NCBI GenBank assembly: GCA_964518425.1
Contig: CAZFGG010000006.1
Location: forward strand, 1 to 53,188
DNA from: an uncultured Gammaproteobacteria bacterium
GTDB lineage: Bacteria; Patescibacteriota; Patescibacteriia; SBBC01; CAIJZX01
Length of the DNA stretch: 53,188 nucleotides
Reading direction: 5' to 3'
In this document: positions 17,889 to 27,471 of the stretch, one piece after another
Layout of the letters: each line of letters begins with the position of its first letter
Position numbering within the stretch: position 1 is the stretch's first letter
Notes under the pieces: model-generated
Database searches by the model: none
What the model was told of the DNA's origin: nothing
Seen by the model: the letters and a program-made list of their open reading frames with translations, nothing else
Position numbers and translations under genes: made by a program

Positions 17889-19814
17889 ATGTCGCGACGC
17901 TGGTGGGCTGTACTTCTTGGTTCAGCCGCTCTCTGGGCAATTGGGATCGGGTGGATACAGTGGCTTAAGTTTCATGCTTTTGGTTACAACGGCATGGACC
18001 TGGCTATTTACCAACAAGCCGTCTGGGCGCTGGCCCATGGCCATGGTTTTGCTTCATCGATTCACGATCCTTCCTACCTCGGCGACCACATGGAACTATG
18101 GCTCATCCCCTTGTCTTGGCTGTATCGGGTCTTTCCGTCAATCCTGACGCTGCTCTGGACCCAAACTATTGTCCTGGCGATATCCGTTGTCCCCTTCGCT
18201 CTGCTAGCCAAAAAATACCTTGGTCCCCGGCTGGCGATTCTAGCGGCCGCTCTTTTTCTCCTGCATCCGCTCCTCTACAATATCGGGCTGTACGAGTTTC
18301 ATGGTCTCGTCTTCGCCTTACCGCTCGTGCTGTGGTCAATTGTGGCCTACGAAGGGCGCCACTATCGCTTGTGGATCGTCGTGTTGCTTCTCACCCTGGC
18401 CGTTCGTGAAGACTTGCCGTTCGTTATCCTTGGTTGGGCCGCCCTAGCTGCCATTGACCGTCGAGGTTGGCGCTGGTGGTTGGTACCAGCAGTCATGGGC
18501 ACCCTGTGGTTTGTTGTGGCCCAAAAAGTTATCGGCGCGCATAACTTTGTTCCGGGGTATAAGTTTTTGGCATTTTACCGCTGGCTCGGCGACAGCTATG
18601 GGCAAATGATCACCTTCCCTTTCCGCCACCCACTGGTATTTCTGAAACACGTTTTCGGGTTGCAAAATTGGGTGACTGTCGTCGGTCTGTTAGCCGGTTT
18701 TGGGTTCTTGCCGCTTTTTCGACCAAAAATGCTTTGGCCGCTTGTTTTTGCTTTTCTAAACTTGCTTGTTCTTGAGGGTGAGCCCATTTCCTTCCTCCAC
18801 TTACACTACACCGTTCCATTTATTCCTTTCTTACTCTGGGCGAGCTTGGTTGCGGCGCGCGACGTGAAAGCTCACCATATTTGGACACGCTGGGATCAGG
18901 CACTCGTCGTTCCCCTCTTGGCCATTAGTCTTGTCCTCGGGCCACTCTATAGCCACTTGCTCTATGGCGCCGCCGAGCTACCGTGGAAAACCTGGACGGA
19001 TACCGGGCTGACGTCGCCGATCGCCTTACGGGCCGCCTTGACGCACATCCAACCGACAGACCGGGTTCTGACCACCTTCAATCTTCTCCCCAACCTTTCG
19101 AATCGCCCATCAATTTATTCCCTGAATTACGTCTATCTTGGGCGGCGTCAGTATAGTGAAATCCCTTACACCGTTCCGACTCCCCTCGACGCAGTGATCA
19201 TTGACTGGGGCCAGCTGGAACATTTCCAATTCCTGTACACTGATACCCTTTTCCAAGGGAAAACTGGTAGCCAGCGGATTCGCGATCTTCTTCGACAAAA
19301 TGGCTTACAGGCCGTCTGGGGGCAAGACAATGTCGTGGTCTATCGTCGCGATGGGAAACCGGGCCTTGTCCTGACCAATGAAATCCCCGATTCCGGTGAA
19401 CGAGAGCAACTTCTGGGACCGATCACGCTTCGCCGTTCACCACTCCTCAGCACAAGTGCCCATGCCCAAACTGATTCAGCACTAAGTTTGTATTGGCGAG
19501 TCGATAAAAAAATTTCCAAGCCGCTGTTTATTCGGTTCAGATTTCAGCAGCATGGTGCTGACCAGTGGTCCTCAACACGGCTCCTGGGCCAAGGGGGCTT
19601 TCCCGCCGACGAGTGGAAGCCGGGACAATCTTGGCAAACAAACTATGACATCGCTTGGCCATCCCTTCCATCCGGAACATACACGCTATCAGCAGATATT
19701 CTCCAGATTGACGGCCAGTACCGACTTGATCGTTGGCGACAGTTCCTGCCATTCGTGACCAAAGAGAAAAAGTTGGGAACGGTTTCCGTCGGCACCATCA
19801 GTCGAGAGCGCTAG
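17889..19814 (+). CDS. DUF2079-family polytopic membrane protein (paralogue)
   Basis: MDLAIYQQ, YLGDH, YEFH, VREDL, LHY; same layout as the upstream gene. Confidence 0.82.
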   Translation: MSRRWWAVLLGSAALWAIGIGWIQWLKFHAFGYNGMDLAIYQQAVWALAHGHGFASSIHDPSYLGDHMELWLIPLSWLYRVFPSILTLLWTQTIVLAISVVPFALLAKKYLGPRLAILAAALFLLHPLLYNIGLYEFHGLVFALPLVLWSIVAYEGRHYRLWIVVLLLTLAVREDLPFVILGWAALAAIDRRGWRWWLVPAVMGTLWFVVAQKVIGAHNFVPGYKFLAFYRWLGDSYGQMITFPFRHPLVFLKHVFGLQNWVTVVGLLAGFGFLPLFRPKMLWPLVFAFLNLLVLEGEPISFLHLHYTVPFIPFLLWASLVAARDVKAHHIWTRWDQALVVPLLAISLVLGPLYSHLLYGAAELPWKTWTDTGLTSPIALRAALTHIQPTDRVLTTFNLLPNLSNRPSIYSLNYVYLGRRQYSEIPYTVPTPLDAVIIDWGQLEHFQFLYTDTLFQGKTGSQRIRDLLRQNGLQAVWGQDNVVVYRRDGKPGLVLTNEIPDSGEREQLLGPITLRRSPLLSTSAHAQTDSALSLYWRVDKKISKPLFIRFRFQQHGADQWSSTRLLGQGGFPADEWKPGQSWQTNYDIAWPSLPSGTYTLSADILQIDGQYRLDRWRQFLPFVTKEKKLGTVSVGTISRER

Positions 19815-21421
19815 GTCGCTTGAGGCTGACAACCGTTCCAATGGTAGAGGGTCATTCCTTGTCCCGACCAGGCGACAGAGATGTCTGACCACGCGGTCGG
19901 CTGCCAGGCTGTACCGTAGGCTCGTTCACGCGGACCATCAAGAACATAGCAAACACCCGACGCTTGAAGCAGTTGACGCTGCTCCGACATGCTGGCTCGA
20001 CTATAGAAATATTCCATGGCCGCCATTTTGTAGTGATAGTTGAGCGTTTCTACTCCGTAACCAACCCAGACCTGGTGAGCCGTAAAGCCGGCTATAATGT
20101 TGCCGTCAAGCAGTGTGCTCAATATTGGTTCATGGGGACTGGTCGTCGTTTTAATGATGGTGATCAGGTCCTGATATTGTTTTGGCAAATAGTACAGGAG
20201 CTGTTGATTGGGCGTTTGGTTGGCGTAATCGTAGACAACGCTTTGATACGTCGTCAGCCAAGACAAACACAGAAAAAGAAGCATTCCGAATCCGAACAGA
20301 ATTCGCCAGACTCCTCGGCGCCAATGTAACCACAGCCAGGCAACTACCGGCACGGATAGCAGTGAAAAAGGAATAACGATGGCCTGACTGAGTCGGCGCT
20401 GAAATGTGACTGGCAAATAAATCGCTATCAACATTATTCCCGCCCAGGCCGTCAACCACTGCCAGCGCGCTCCTCGTCTCCGGGTCCACCAGACTCCGAT
20501 GATCGCTCCCGGGACGAGAAGCCCTAAACTCAGTAACACGTTCCAGGCTGGTGGGGTGGGCAAAATATTTTGGGCGGCCCGACCGTATGTGACTGGATCA
20601 AAGAAAAGCTGTAAACCATACATCGTCAGCGGCGGAATACACATAGCCAAGACCAGGAGCCAGGTAGCAAGATACCGGCCGGGGAATTTTCTCGTCGTTA
20701 GCCAACGGAAATAGGTCAGCAGGGACCACAAGAGTGTCCAGGTCAAGACATGAAAGGGATGGATGCTGAGCGTGATGCTAGCAACCGCCCCAGCCCATAA
20801 AGCTCGTCGCCACGATCGCTCCTCCCACGACCGCTCGACGGACACCAGCACAAAGATGATCCCGGCGCTGACGAGCAGAAAATGGGCCGTCGTAGCGGCA
20901 CTAAGCATGGTGTACCCTTCAGCCACCCAACCATCAATTGGACCGACCCCGCCGTTAGCGTAGATGGCTTGGTGGGCCACCAACGTAGCCCAGGAGCCCA
21001 AACCGCCGGCGAATGTACCCAAAACTAAAGCCAGGCGCTGTCGTAGACGATCAGCCCATAGCCACCTGGCCGCCCACCACAGAGTTCCAAGCAACGCGGG
21101 CAAAGCCAATACCCGAGCCAGAAAGTACGCGACGGGCGTAGTGACATGAAAGACGTTGGCCATCTGACCGACGACAAACCAGACCGGTTGCCAGAGCGTC
21201 GGTCGATAGTGTTCACTGGTAAACGCATCGTACATAATGATATGGCCATGTCGTCCTTGCTCGATGTAGCTATAATAGACGCTAGCGTCCCCGTAAGCGA
21301 TTTTATACGAGCCCACGAACTGGCTTCCCCGAGGAGCCATGGCTGACCCGAGAAGAAAAGGAAGAGCGGCCAGAACAACCGCTAGTGCTGTCACGGTCCA
21401 AAAAAAAGTTCGATTAGTCAT
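19811..21421 (-). CDS. Polytopic membrane protein, putative GT-C glycosyltransferase
   Basis: Loop GDASVYYSYIEQG..AFTSE after TM1, many TMs, soluble C-terminal domain; start reassigned to ATG 21421, overlapping the upstream gene's stop. Confidence 0.7.
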   Translation of the reverse strand: MTNRTFFWTVTALAVVLAALPFLLGSAMAPRGSQFVGSYKIAYGDASVYYSYIEQGRHGHIIMYDAFTSEHYRPTLWQPVWFVVGQMANVFHVTTPVAYFLARVLALPALLGTLWWAARWLWADRLRQRLALVLGTFAGGLGSWATLVAHQAIYANGGVGPIDGWVAEGYTMLSAATTAHFLLVSAGIIFVLVSVERSWEERSWRRALWAGAVASITLSIHPFHVLTWTLLWSLLTYFRWLTTRKFPGRYLATWLLVLAMCIPPLTMYGLQLFFDPVTYGRAAQNILPTPPAWNVLLSLGLLVPGAIIGVWWTRRRGARWQWLTAWAGIMLIAIYLPVTFQRRLSQAIVIPFSLLSVPVVAWLWLHWRRGVWRILFGFGMLLFLCLSWLTTYQSVVYDYANQTPNQQLLYYLPKQYQDLITIIKTTTSPHEPILSTLLDGNIIAGFTAHQVWVGYGVETLNYHYKMAAMEYFYSRASMSEQRQLLQASGVCYVLDGPRERAYGTAWQPTAWSDISVAWSGQGMTLYHWNGCQPQAT

Positions 21422-22745
21422 CTGGCGACGTGAAAGCTTTTTGCTGCTGCCCAAAAAGACGGTCGGAAAATACCCAGGCCGCGATGGCGACCTGAATGCC
21501 GCTGACATAATAATTTTCCGCTCCGAATCGGGAGAAGAGCGCGGCCACAATAATCGCGATCGATGTGCAGGCCAGGACCGTTGCTGGATGCGGATTCTTA
21601 CGTAAATGACGACCCAGAAAAAAAATAATGAGTGTAAATAGCACGAGCTGGATTGGCCAGGATGGAAAAACGGTCCAGGCCGATGGGACCAGGCCAAAGA
21701 TGTGAATATATTGCAAAAACGTTACCCCCGATAGGGGGAACGACCAGGGGATAGCTCCGCCAACATACTTCACCAGGTCATCGAAGAGCCCGACCGGTGA
21801 CCACAGGAAAAAAGGGAAGAACAGCACGGTCGCAGTAAGCATCGTGGCCAACGAAAAACGGATAGCGCCCTTTCGGTTGATCAGTCCTTGTTGAACAGCC
21901 GGCCACAGCAACAGACCAAAAAAAGGTAGCGACAGCCAGGCTGTTTGTTTGCTGGCTAAAGCTAGCCCGTACATTGCCCCGGCCCAGACCCAGCGGCGAG
22001 AGAAGAGGAGCAAGGTCGTCGCGACGAGAAAGAAAATAAAGACGATGTCGTTATATCCAGAAACTGGAAAACTCCAGGACATAGGATTGGCCAGTAAGAT
22101 CAGAACAATCCATGTCCTGTTTTTCCAGGTCGCGGCCGAAAAAAGAAGCACGCCGGTCATGGCGAGAAAAAAGAAGAGGTAGAGGCTTTCATTATCAACG
22201 GCTATGGTCGTGTGCTCGTTGAGCCATGCGCCCGGAACAAAAAGCAGGGGCACCAATGGCGGGTAGGCGTAATGGGTACTGGCGACGTCGTCACCATTCG
22301 GCTTGGTCGGGTTATAAAAGAATGAGAACTTTGTTTGTCGGTAGTTCGCGGTGTAGGGATTTTGGCCGTGAAGCATAAACGCGGCGGCGGCCTCAGATTG
22401 AACCAGGCCGTCATTTCTTGCTTGCGGATAAGGTTGGGTCTGTCGAACATGAAGCTGGGTCAGCCAGACCGCCAGAATGGTCAGCAACGACCCAATCAGG
22501 ACCGTGAAAAAAAATCCCCGCTCGTTCCCTTTCGGCCGCTGCAAGACAAACCACCCGACAAGCGCCGTCACGATTCCGAGCAAATAAATCGCCAAGATGT
22601 TGCTGTGTTGGACAAGAAAAAAGTCCTGAAACTTCAGAACGAACAGCTTTCCGGTCAGAAGAGCCGAGAACAAGAAAAGGATCACCCGGAGATCCATCTG
22701 CAGGACTGAACTACGTGGGCTGATAGACCGTGGCTTCATTGTCAT
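21414..22745 (-). CDS. GT87-like (GT-C) membrane glycosyltransferase
   Basis: ND..QSEAA..LHGQNPY, YAYPP, GYND, ASKQTAW; start uncertain (22745, 22739 or 22697). Confidence 0.78.
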   Translation of the reverse strand: MTMKPRSISPRSSVLQMDLRVILFLFSALLTGKLFVLKFQDFFLVQHSNILAIYLLGIVTALVGWFVLQRPKGNERGFFFTVLIGSLLTILAVWLTQLHVRQTQPYPQARNDGLVQSEAAAAFMLHGQNPYTANYRQTKFSFFYNPTKPNGDDVASTHYAYPPLVPLLFVPGAWLNEHTTIAVDNESLYLFFFLAMTGVLLFSAATWKNRTWIVLILLANPMSWSFPVSGYNDIVFIFFLVATTLLLFSRRWVWAGAMYGLALASKQTAWLSLPFFGLLLWPAVQQGLINRKGAIRFSLATMLTATVLFFPFFLWSPVGLFDDLVKYVGGAIPWSFPLSGVTFLQYIHIFGLVPSAWTVFPSWPIQLVLFTLIIFFLGRHLRKNPHPATVLACTSIAIIVAALFSRFGAENYYVSGIQVAIAAWVFSDRLFGQQQKAFTSPDD

Positions 22746-24330
22746 GATAGACCTGCCGGAATCGTGGGTTATGACTAAACTCTTCGTCCATGATTGTATG
22801 TCCACTGGCAACCAGAACGTACTTTGCACCCAGCGTTTTCGTGACAGCCGTGACGAGGTCACCATTGAATTTTCCTAGGGTGATATTGACCCATGTCCAG
22901 TACGTATCCTGGTTAGCTTTGTAGAGAAAGGTTGGATCGAGTCCGGCCACATAGGTATTGTGACTATCGTAATAGAAGAGCGGCGGGAATTCATCCCAGT
23001 CAGAGTGAACGATCCGGCTGCCAGCGGGGGTGTGATCAGCTAACCATGTTCCGACGCCCTGAAATTTCGTCAAGGCAAAGCCCTGATTGAGGTCGGCCCG
23101 CTCATTGTAAAAATCTCGGCCGGCGATATAGCCCAAGCCGAAGAGGAGATAGACCACAATCGCTATTCCCCCCAACCTCTTCGCGCCTGGCTGAAAGAGG
23201 CGGCCAAGCTCATGCCGCAGTTGACGGTTCGTCACCCCGGTTAAGGCATTGGAGATAGCAAAGGCGCTGAAGATAACCGCTGTCGGAATGTAGTACTCGA
23301 CATACCGTCGTGACTTCAGGGTCAAGAAGAAGAAAAAGATGGTTAAGACGAGGAGCGCCCAGCTCTGCTTGGATTGTTGTTTGGTTCGAAAAATGATGGC
23401 CAGGAGGGCCAATAAGACAAGCAGTGAAGCGATGGCACCGTTCGCCGCTAAGTCTCCAAGAGAGTATGGGTACCACTCCGCCCCAACGCCGATGACGCGT
23501 TGGAAATTAATGATGCCGATGTTGACGAGCTGGTGCCAGTAAAAAAATAAATTTTGGGGAAAGTATGGGTTGATGATCAATCCAGCGGCGATGCCGCCCG
23601 CAACGGCGAGTAGTGCTTGGAGGTTTGGGTGCCGCTCGTGCCGCCGCCGGAGGTGACGACCGAGTAAGCTATAAATCTTTTGGATGTATCGATGGCTTCG
23701 AAGCCCATGAACTCGGTTATACAACAGACTGATGCCCGTCGTGATGAGGGCGGCGATACCGAGTAAAGGAAATCCGCCGTAGTACCACACGTAGGCAAAG
23801 GCTAGAACGAACAGTCGTTTGATCCGGTATTGGAAAATCCAAGTTAAGCCGACGAAAAAAAAGATGAGTGATGTGCTCGGAGCTTTGGCTAAGGAAATCC
23901 GAAAGGTGAATGGTCGGATGACCAGGAGGAGGAGAACGAAAACCATAGCCCAACGGATGCGGAACTGTCGTAACATCCAATACACAACCGTGAAGAGCGT
24001 CGCGCCAAAAAAGACCGTGGCCAATTTTAACCCGATCAGCGGCGGTAACCACGTCACGAAAGGAATGAGGAGGACGTGATAGAGGAAATGTTGATCCGTG
24101 TAGTGTTGCCCGAGAACAGTCAGTCGCAGCCAGGGGAAGTCACGCACAATTCCCTGGTCACGAATGAGAAGCGCCATTTTCGCGTGGTAGAACGAATCGG
24201 GATCAGCAAAAAAAGGACTGGCCTGGAAAACAAGAAAGATGATGAACGCTAGAGCAAAAACAAGGAGGTAGGATAACCACCACCATTCTCCGCGCAGGTA
24301 GTCGACAACCCGAAAGGACCGTTGGTGCAT
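22711..24330 (-). CDS. STT3/AglB-like GT-C membrane protein
   Basis: DPDSFYH after TM1, VGAEW (cf. SVSE/TIXE), RRYVEY, HSDWDEF (cf. WWDYG); start at ATG 24330. Confidence 0.65.
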   Translation of the reverse strand: MHQRSFRVVDYLRGEWWWLSYLLVFALAFIIFLVFQASPFFADPDSFYHAKMALLIRDQGIVRDFPWLRLTVLGQHYTDQHFLYHVLLIPFVTWLPPLIGLKLATVFFGATLFTVVYWMLRQFRIRWAMVFVLLLLVIRPFTFRISLAKAPSTSLIFFFVGLTWIFQYRIKRLFVLAFAYVWYYGGFPLLGIAALITTGISLLYNRVHGLRSHRYIQKIYSLLGRHLRRRHERHPNLQALLAVAGGIAAGLIINPYFPQNLFFYWHQLVNIGIINFQRVIGVGAEWYPYSLGDLAANGAIASLLVLLALLAIIFRTKQQSKQSWALLVLTIFFFFLTLKSRRYVEYYIPTAVIFSAFAISNALTGVTNRQLRHELGRLFQPGAKRLGGIAIVVYLLFGLGYIAGRDFYNERADLNQGFALTKFQGVGTWLADHTPAGSRIVHSDWDEFPPLFYYDSHNTYVAGLDPTFLYKANQDTYWTWVNITLGKFNGDLVTAVTKTLGAKYVLVASGHTIMDEEFSHNPRFRQVYHDNEATVYQPT

Positions 24331-24365
24331 AGCCACAGTATATCAAAAACGAATCGGGTGGGCGA

Positions 24366-26027
24366 CTAGCCTCCGAGCACGCGATAGACCGATATGTCGT
24401 GGTGCTGATACGCCAAGATGAGGCCCGGGAGAGCTGATGGTTGGAACGAGCCCAGCCGTTTTTCATTCGGGCCCCACATGATATAGGTGATGTGGTTGTC
24501 CTCGAGAAAATGCTGTTTTTGCTGACGGTCGCTGTTCGTTGCGTAAAACCAGTTCCGCACTAGCGTTAGTTTTTGAAGATAGTGGATTGTTTGAATATTG
24601 TGCCCCACGTATGTTTGCCGGTTGGCATACTGCGGGACAAGGTTTCCTGATGCGTAATCGCCGAGAATAACCGCGTTCGGCGGGGTGTGAGCATCGATCC
24701 AGCGAAGAGTATCGAGTAGATCAGTGGGGGCATAATGGTATATCGGTTCGATCGGCTGCGCCCGGCTGATGCGTAGAGGAAAGAAAATTACCGTCGAAAA
24801 CGTTATAGTCACGCTAGCCGTCAGCGTGGCCACCAGAAGAAAGCGGCGCTTCGTCCACCAGGCAGTTCGAGATAACCTTTGCGCGCCCATGACGGCTAAC
24901 ATGCTCACTGGTACACTGAGCAGGCTGAGCATTTTTGCTTGGAAAGGAATGAACGGCACATAGGGCAGCATTGTTCCAGTTACCGCCCAAGCGGTCACCA
25001 GCAGTCCGGGTCCCGGTTGACGAATAGCTCGCTGCGCGCCAATGAAGGCAAAGAGTGACATTGCTCCGAAACCTGCGAGCAATGATGTCAGCGGCGGTGA
25101 GTATAGAATGTTTTGACTGAACCATTGATGAATGACTGGTTCGGTGATGATCGCCCAGAGGTAATAGATGGCGGCCGGAAGAAGGGCTAGCGAGAGAAGT
25201 GCGGCCGCGCGAAGGTACCGCCGGACAAGTTCCGGAGTCATCTGATTGGACAAGATTCCGAACACCACGTGGCCGGCGATGATCCCAAAAAAAAGCACGG
25301 GGTCATAAGGATGGATGAATGCGAGTACCCCGACCAGAACAGCCACCCAGAGCAATCGTCCGCCGCGCCAAAGAATCATCCATGAGCCAAGCAGAAGCAA
25401 CTGCCCAAGTTCGAACAGCGGCGAGTGGCTGATCGTCAGCCAGGTGAAACTAATGGCGTAAGTCAGGTCCGACGGAAGGCTTCGGAGAATTGGTGTTTGG
25501 GTTTGAATCCAAACGAGTCGTGGATCACTGTGATGGATAAGCAGTAGTAGTCCGCCGAGCCCGCCGCCGAAGACGGCTGCTAGGAAAGTAATCCATCGCC
25601 ACCTCGGCTGTTGGAAAAAATGACTGATGACGTAAAAAATGGCCATCACTAACAGCAGCCCTCCAAGAACGCGGGCGGACGTGAAGACAACATCCGCCGG
25701 ATACCCAGTCAACCGCTCGATTGTACCGAGGGTTAGCCAGAGAGGATTGAATAAAACCGCTTTTTGGGGCTCACTCGTGAAAAGGTTTTTGTAGACGACG
25801 TGGCCACGGGCATTCTGGTCGATGAAAGCATAGTAAATTTGGGTGTCCGAGGTGTCCGGAATGTTTGAATACAGGTATTGTTGGCCGGCCGGCGCCTGCC
25901 GAAGGCCGGTTATCGTTGGCCACAAGCTCCAGCCTGCTGCCACGACGGCTACGACTACGGCTAGCCACCATTCTTTTCGGTGGATAGTCGGCGGGCGGAG
26001 AAATTCAAGGGAAATCGGGTTGGCCAT
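24366..26027 (-). CDS. Polytopic membrane protein, putative GT-C glycosyltransferase (paralogue of 19811-21421)
   Basis: SDTQIYYAFIDQ..NLFTSE, IHPY, GN...TYVGHNIQT; ATG 26027 lies 6 nt after TGcTACACT. Confidence 0.7.
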   Translation of the reverse strand: MANPISLEFLRPPTIHRKEWWLAVVVAVVAAGWSLWPTITGLRQAPAGQQYLYSNIPDTSDTQIYYAFIDQNARGHVVYKNLFTSEPQKAVLFNPLWLTLGTIERLTGYPADVVFTSARVLGGLLLVMAIFYVISHFFQQPRWRWITFLAAVFGGGLGGLLLLIHHSDPRLVWIQTQTPILRSLPSDLTYAISFTWLTISHSPLFELGQLLLLGSWMILWRGGRLLWVAVLVGVLAFIHPYDPVLFFGIIAGHVVFGILSNQMTPELVRRYLRAAALLSLALLPAAIYYLWAIITEPVIHQWFSQNILYSPPLTSLLAGFGAMSLFAFIGAQRAIRQPGPGLLVTAWAVTGTMLPYVPFIPFQAKMLSLLSVPVSMLAVMGAQRLSRTAWWTKRRFLLVATLTASVTITFSTVIFFPLRISRAQPIEPIYHYAPTDLLDTLRWIDAHTPPNAVILGDYASGNLVPQYANRQTYVGHNIQTIHYLQKLTLVRNWFYATNSDRQQKQHFLEDNHITYIMWGPNEKRLGSFQPSALPGLILAYQHHDISVYRVLGG

Positions 26028-26203
26028 GAGGACAGTGTAGCAAATAAGCACAACGAACTCCTGCCCAAGCATGGTTGGCGGGAGTTCGAGGTGATCGGAG
26101 TTGATTTCGTAGGCCGCGGGCGATCGGCCGAGGACTAGTCGCCAGTACTCTAGCAGAGCTCTTTCGAGCACGCAAGTGTCCGTCCGGGTCTGATTCGAGC
26201 GGA

Positions 26204-26232
26204 TTGACCAATTGGGTCAAAATTGGTACACT
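26204..26232 (+). promoter_or_regulatory. Sigma70 promoter of the yebC operon with an overlapping palindrome
   Basis: TTGACC-N17-TACACT; TTGACC-AATTG-GGTCAA inverted repeat at 26204-26220. Confidence 0.75.
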
Positions 26233-26276
26233 GCCAATACGTTTTTTGGCTGGTGTGAGCGAAAAACTCGCCTTCG

Positions 26277-26987
26277 ATGTCTGGACACTCTAAATGGTCG
26301 ACGATCAAGCGTCAGAAATCCGTTACTGATGCTCGCCGCTCCGTCGTTTTTACGAAGTACGCGCGACTGATTAGCGTCGCGGCTCGATTGGGGGGCGCTG
26401 ACCCGGCCTCAAATTTTCGTCTCCGCCTAGCAATTGATAAAGCCAAGGCCGCCAACCTACCCAATGAGAACATTGAGCGTGCCATCCGCGCTGGCAGCGG
26501 GGAAGGAAAGGAAGGTCAGTCAAAAGAGATGCTGTACGAGGGCTTCGGGCCGGGTGGCGTGGCGATCTTAGTGCAAGCGATCACCGATAATCCGAACCGG
26601 ACCGCCGCGGAAGTACGAAGTTTGCTCACCAAACATGGCGGCTCCATGGGTAGCCACAATAGCGTTGGTTGGATGTTCACCTCGAAAGGCGTCATTCGAC
26701 TACCCAGCGCGATCAGCGAGGAATTGGAGCTTGGGGTGATTGACGCGGGCGCCGAAGACGTTCGCCAAGAAGATGGCGCCTCCATCATTATGAGCTCGGT
26801 TGATGCCCTTGAGTCCGTAAAGAACTGGTTGGCTGACCGCGGCCTCGCTTCGTCTGAAGCGGAAGTTGAGCTTCTTCCCACCACGATGGTCGCTGTTGAA
26901 GAAGATGTTCGGCTCAAGCTGAATGACCTTCTCGGCGCCTTAGATGAGCTTGATGATGTCACAAATATTTTCACGAATGAAGCCTAG
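26277..26987 (+). CDS. yebC: YebC/PmpR family protein
   Basis: MSGHSKWSTIKRQK, YEGFGPGG, TDNPNRT, LDDVTNIFTN. Confidence 0.96.
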   Translation: MSGHSKWSTIKRQKSVTDARRSVVFTKYARLISVAARLGGADPASNFRLRLAIDKAKAANLPNENIERAIRAGSGEGKEGQSKEMLYEGFGPGGVAILVQAITDNPNRTAAEVRSLLTKHGGSMGSHNSVGWMFTSKGVIRLPSAISEELELGVIDAGAEDVRQEDGASIIMSSVDALESVKNWLADRGLASSEAEVELLPTTMVAVEEDVRLKLNDLLGALDELDDVTNIFTNEA

Positions 26988-27471
26988 CTTGCGTCGGACA
27001 TTCGGGATTGATCCGGGACTGGCCAGCCTGGGCTGGGCCGTCGTTGAACACGAGGCTGGACAGGTTCGCCTGATTGCCTGCGGCTGTCTGACGACTGCCT
27101 CAACCGACGCACCCACCCAACGCCTTCGTTTTCTCCACGATCAGTTGGCCAACCTGTTCAAGGAGCACCAACCCCATCTTGTCTCCATGGAAAAACTCTT
27201 GTTCACAAAAAACGTAACGTCGGGTATTGCCGTCGGTCAGGCCCGGGGCGTAGCCGCCCTGGCGGTGGCCGAAGCGGGGTTACCGCTCCGTGAATTTACA
27301 CCGACCGCCGTCAAGCAAACGGTGACCGGTGATGGGCGGGCGGATAAACGACAAATTCAACAGATGATCAAGATACTTCTTCGCTTACCGACCACGCTCA
27401 GTAACGACAATACTGCTGACGCCGTAGCGATTGCCCTGTGCGGAGCTCAGACTATTGATTTCTCGTCATGA
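26977..27471 (+). CDS. ruvC: Holliday junction resolvase RuvC
   Basis: GIDPG, MEKL, QARGV, PTAVK..VTG.GRADK.Q, ADAVAIA; start at ATG 26977. Confidence 0.95.
   Translation: MKPSLRRTFGIDPGLASLGWAVVEHEAGQVRLIACGCLTTASTDAPTQRLRFLHDQLANLFKEHQPHLVSMEKLLFTKNVTSGIAVGQARGVAALAVAEAGLPLREFTPTAVKQTVTGDGRADKRQIQQMIKILLRLPTTLSNDNTADAVAIALCGAQTIDFSS

Noticed and set aside
26108-26150. ZTP (pfl) riboswitch, suggested by ACTGGCGA and CGCCCGC on the minus strand
   Set aside because: The GGTGG/CCAC stem, the GGGGAG strand and the terminal CCTGGG are missing, and the downstream gene is unrelated.
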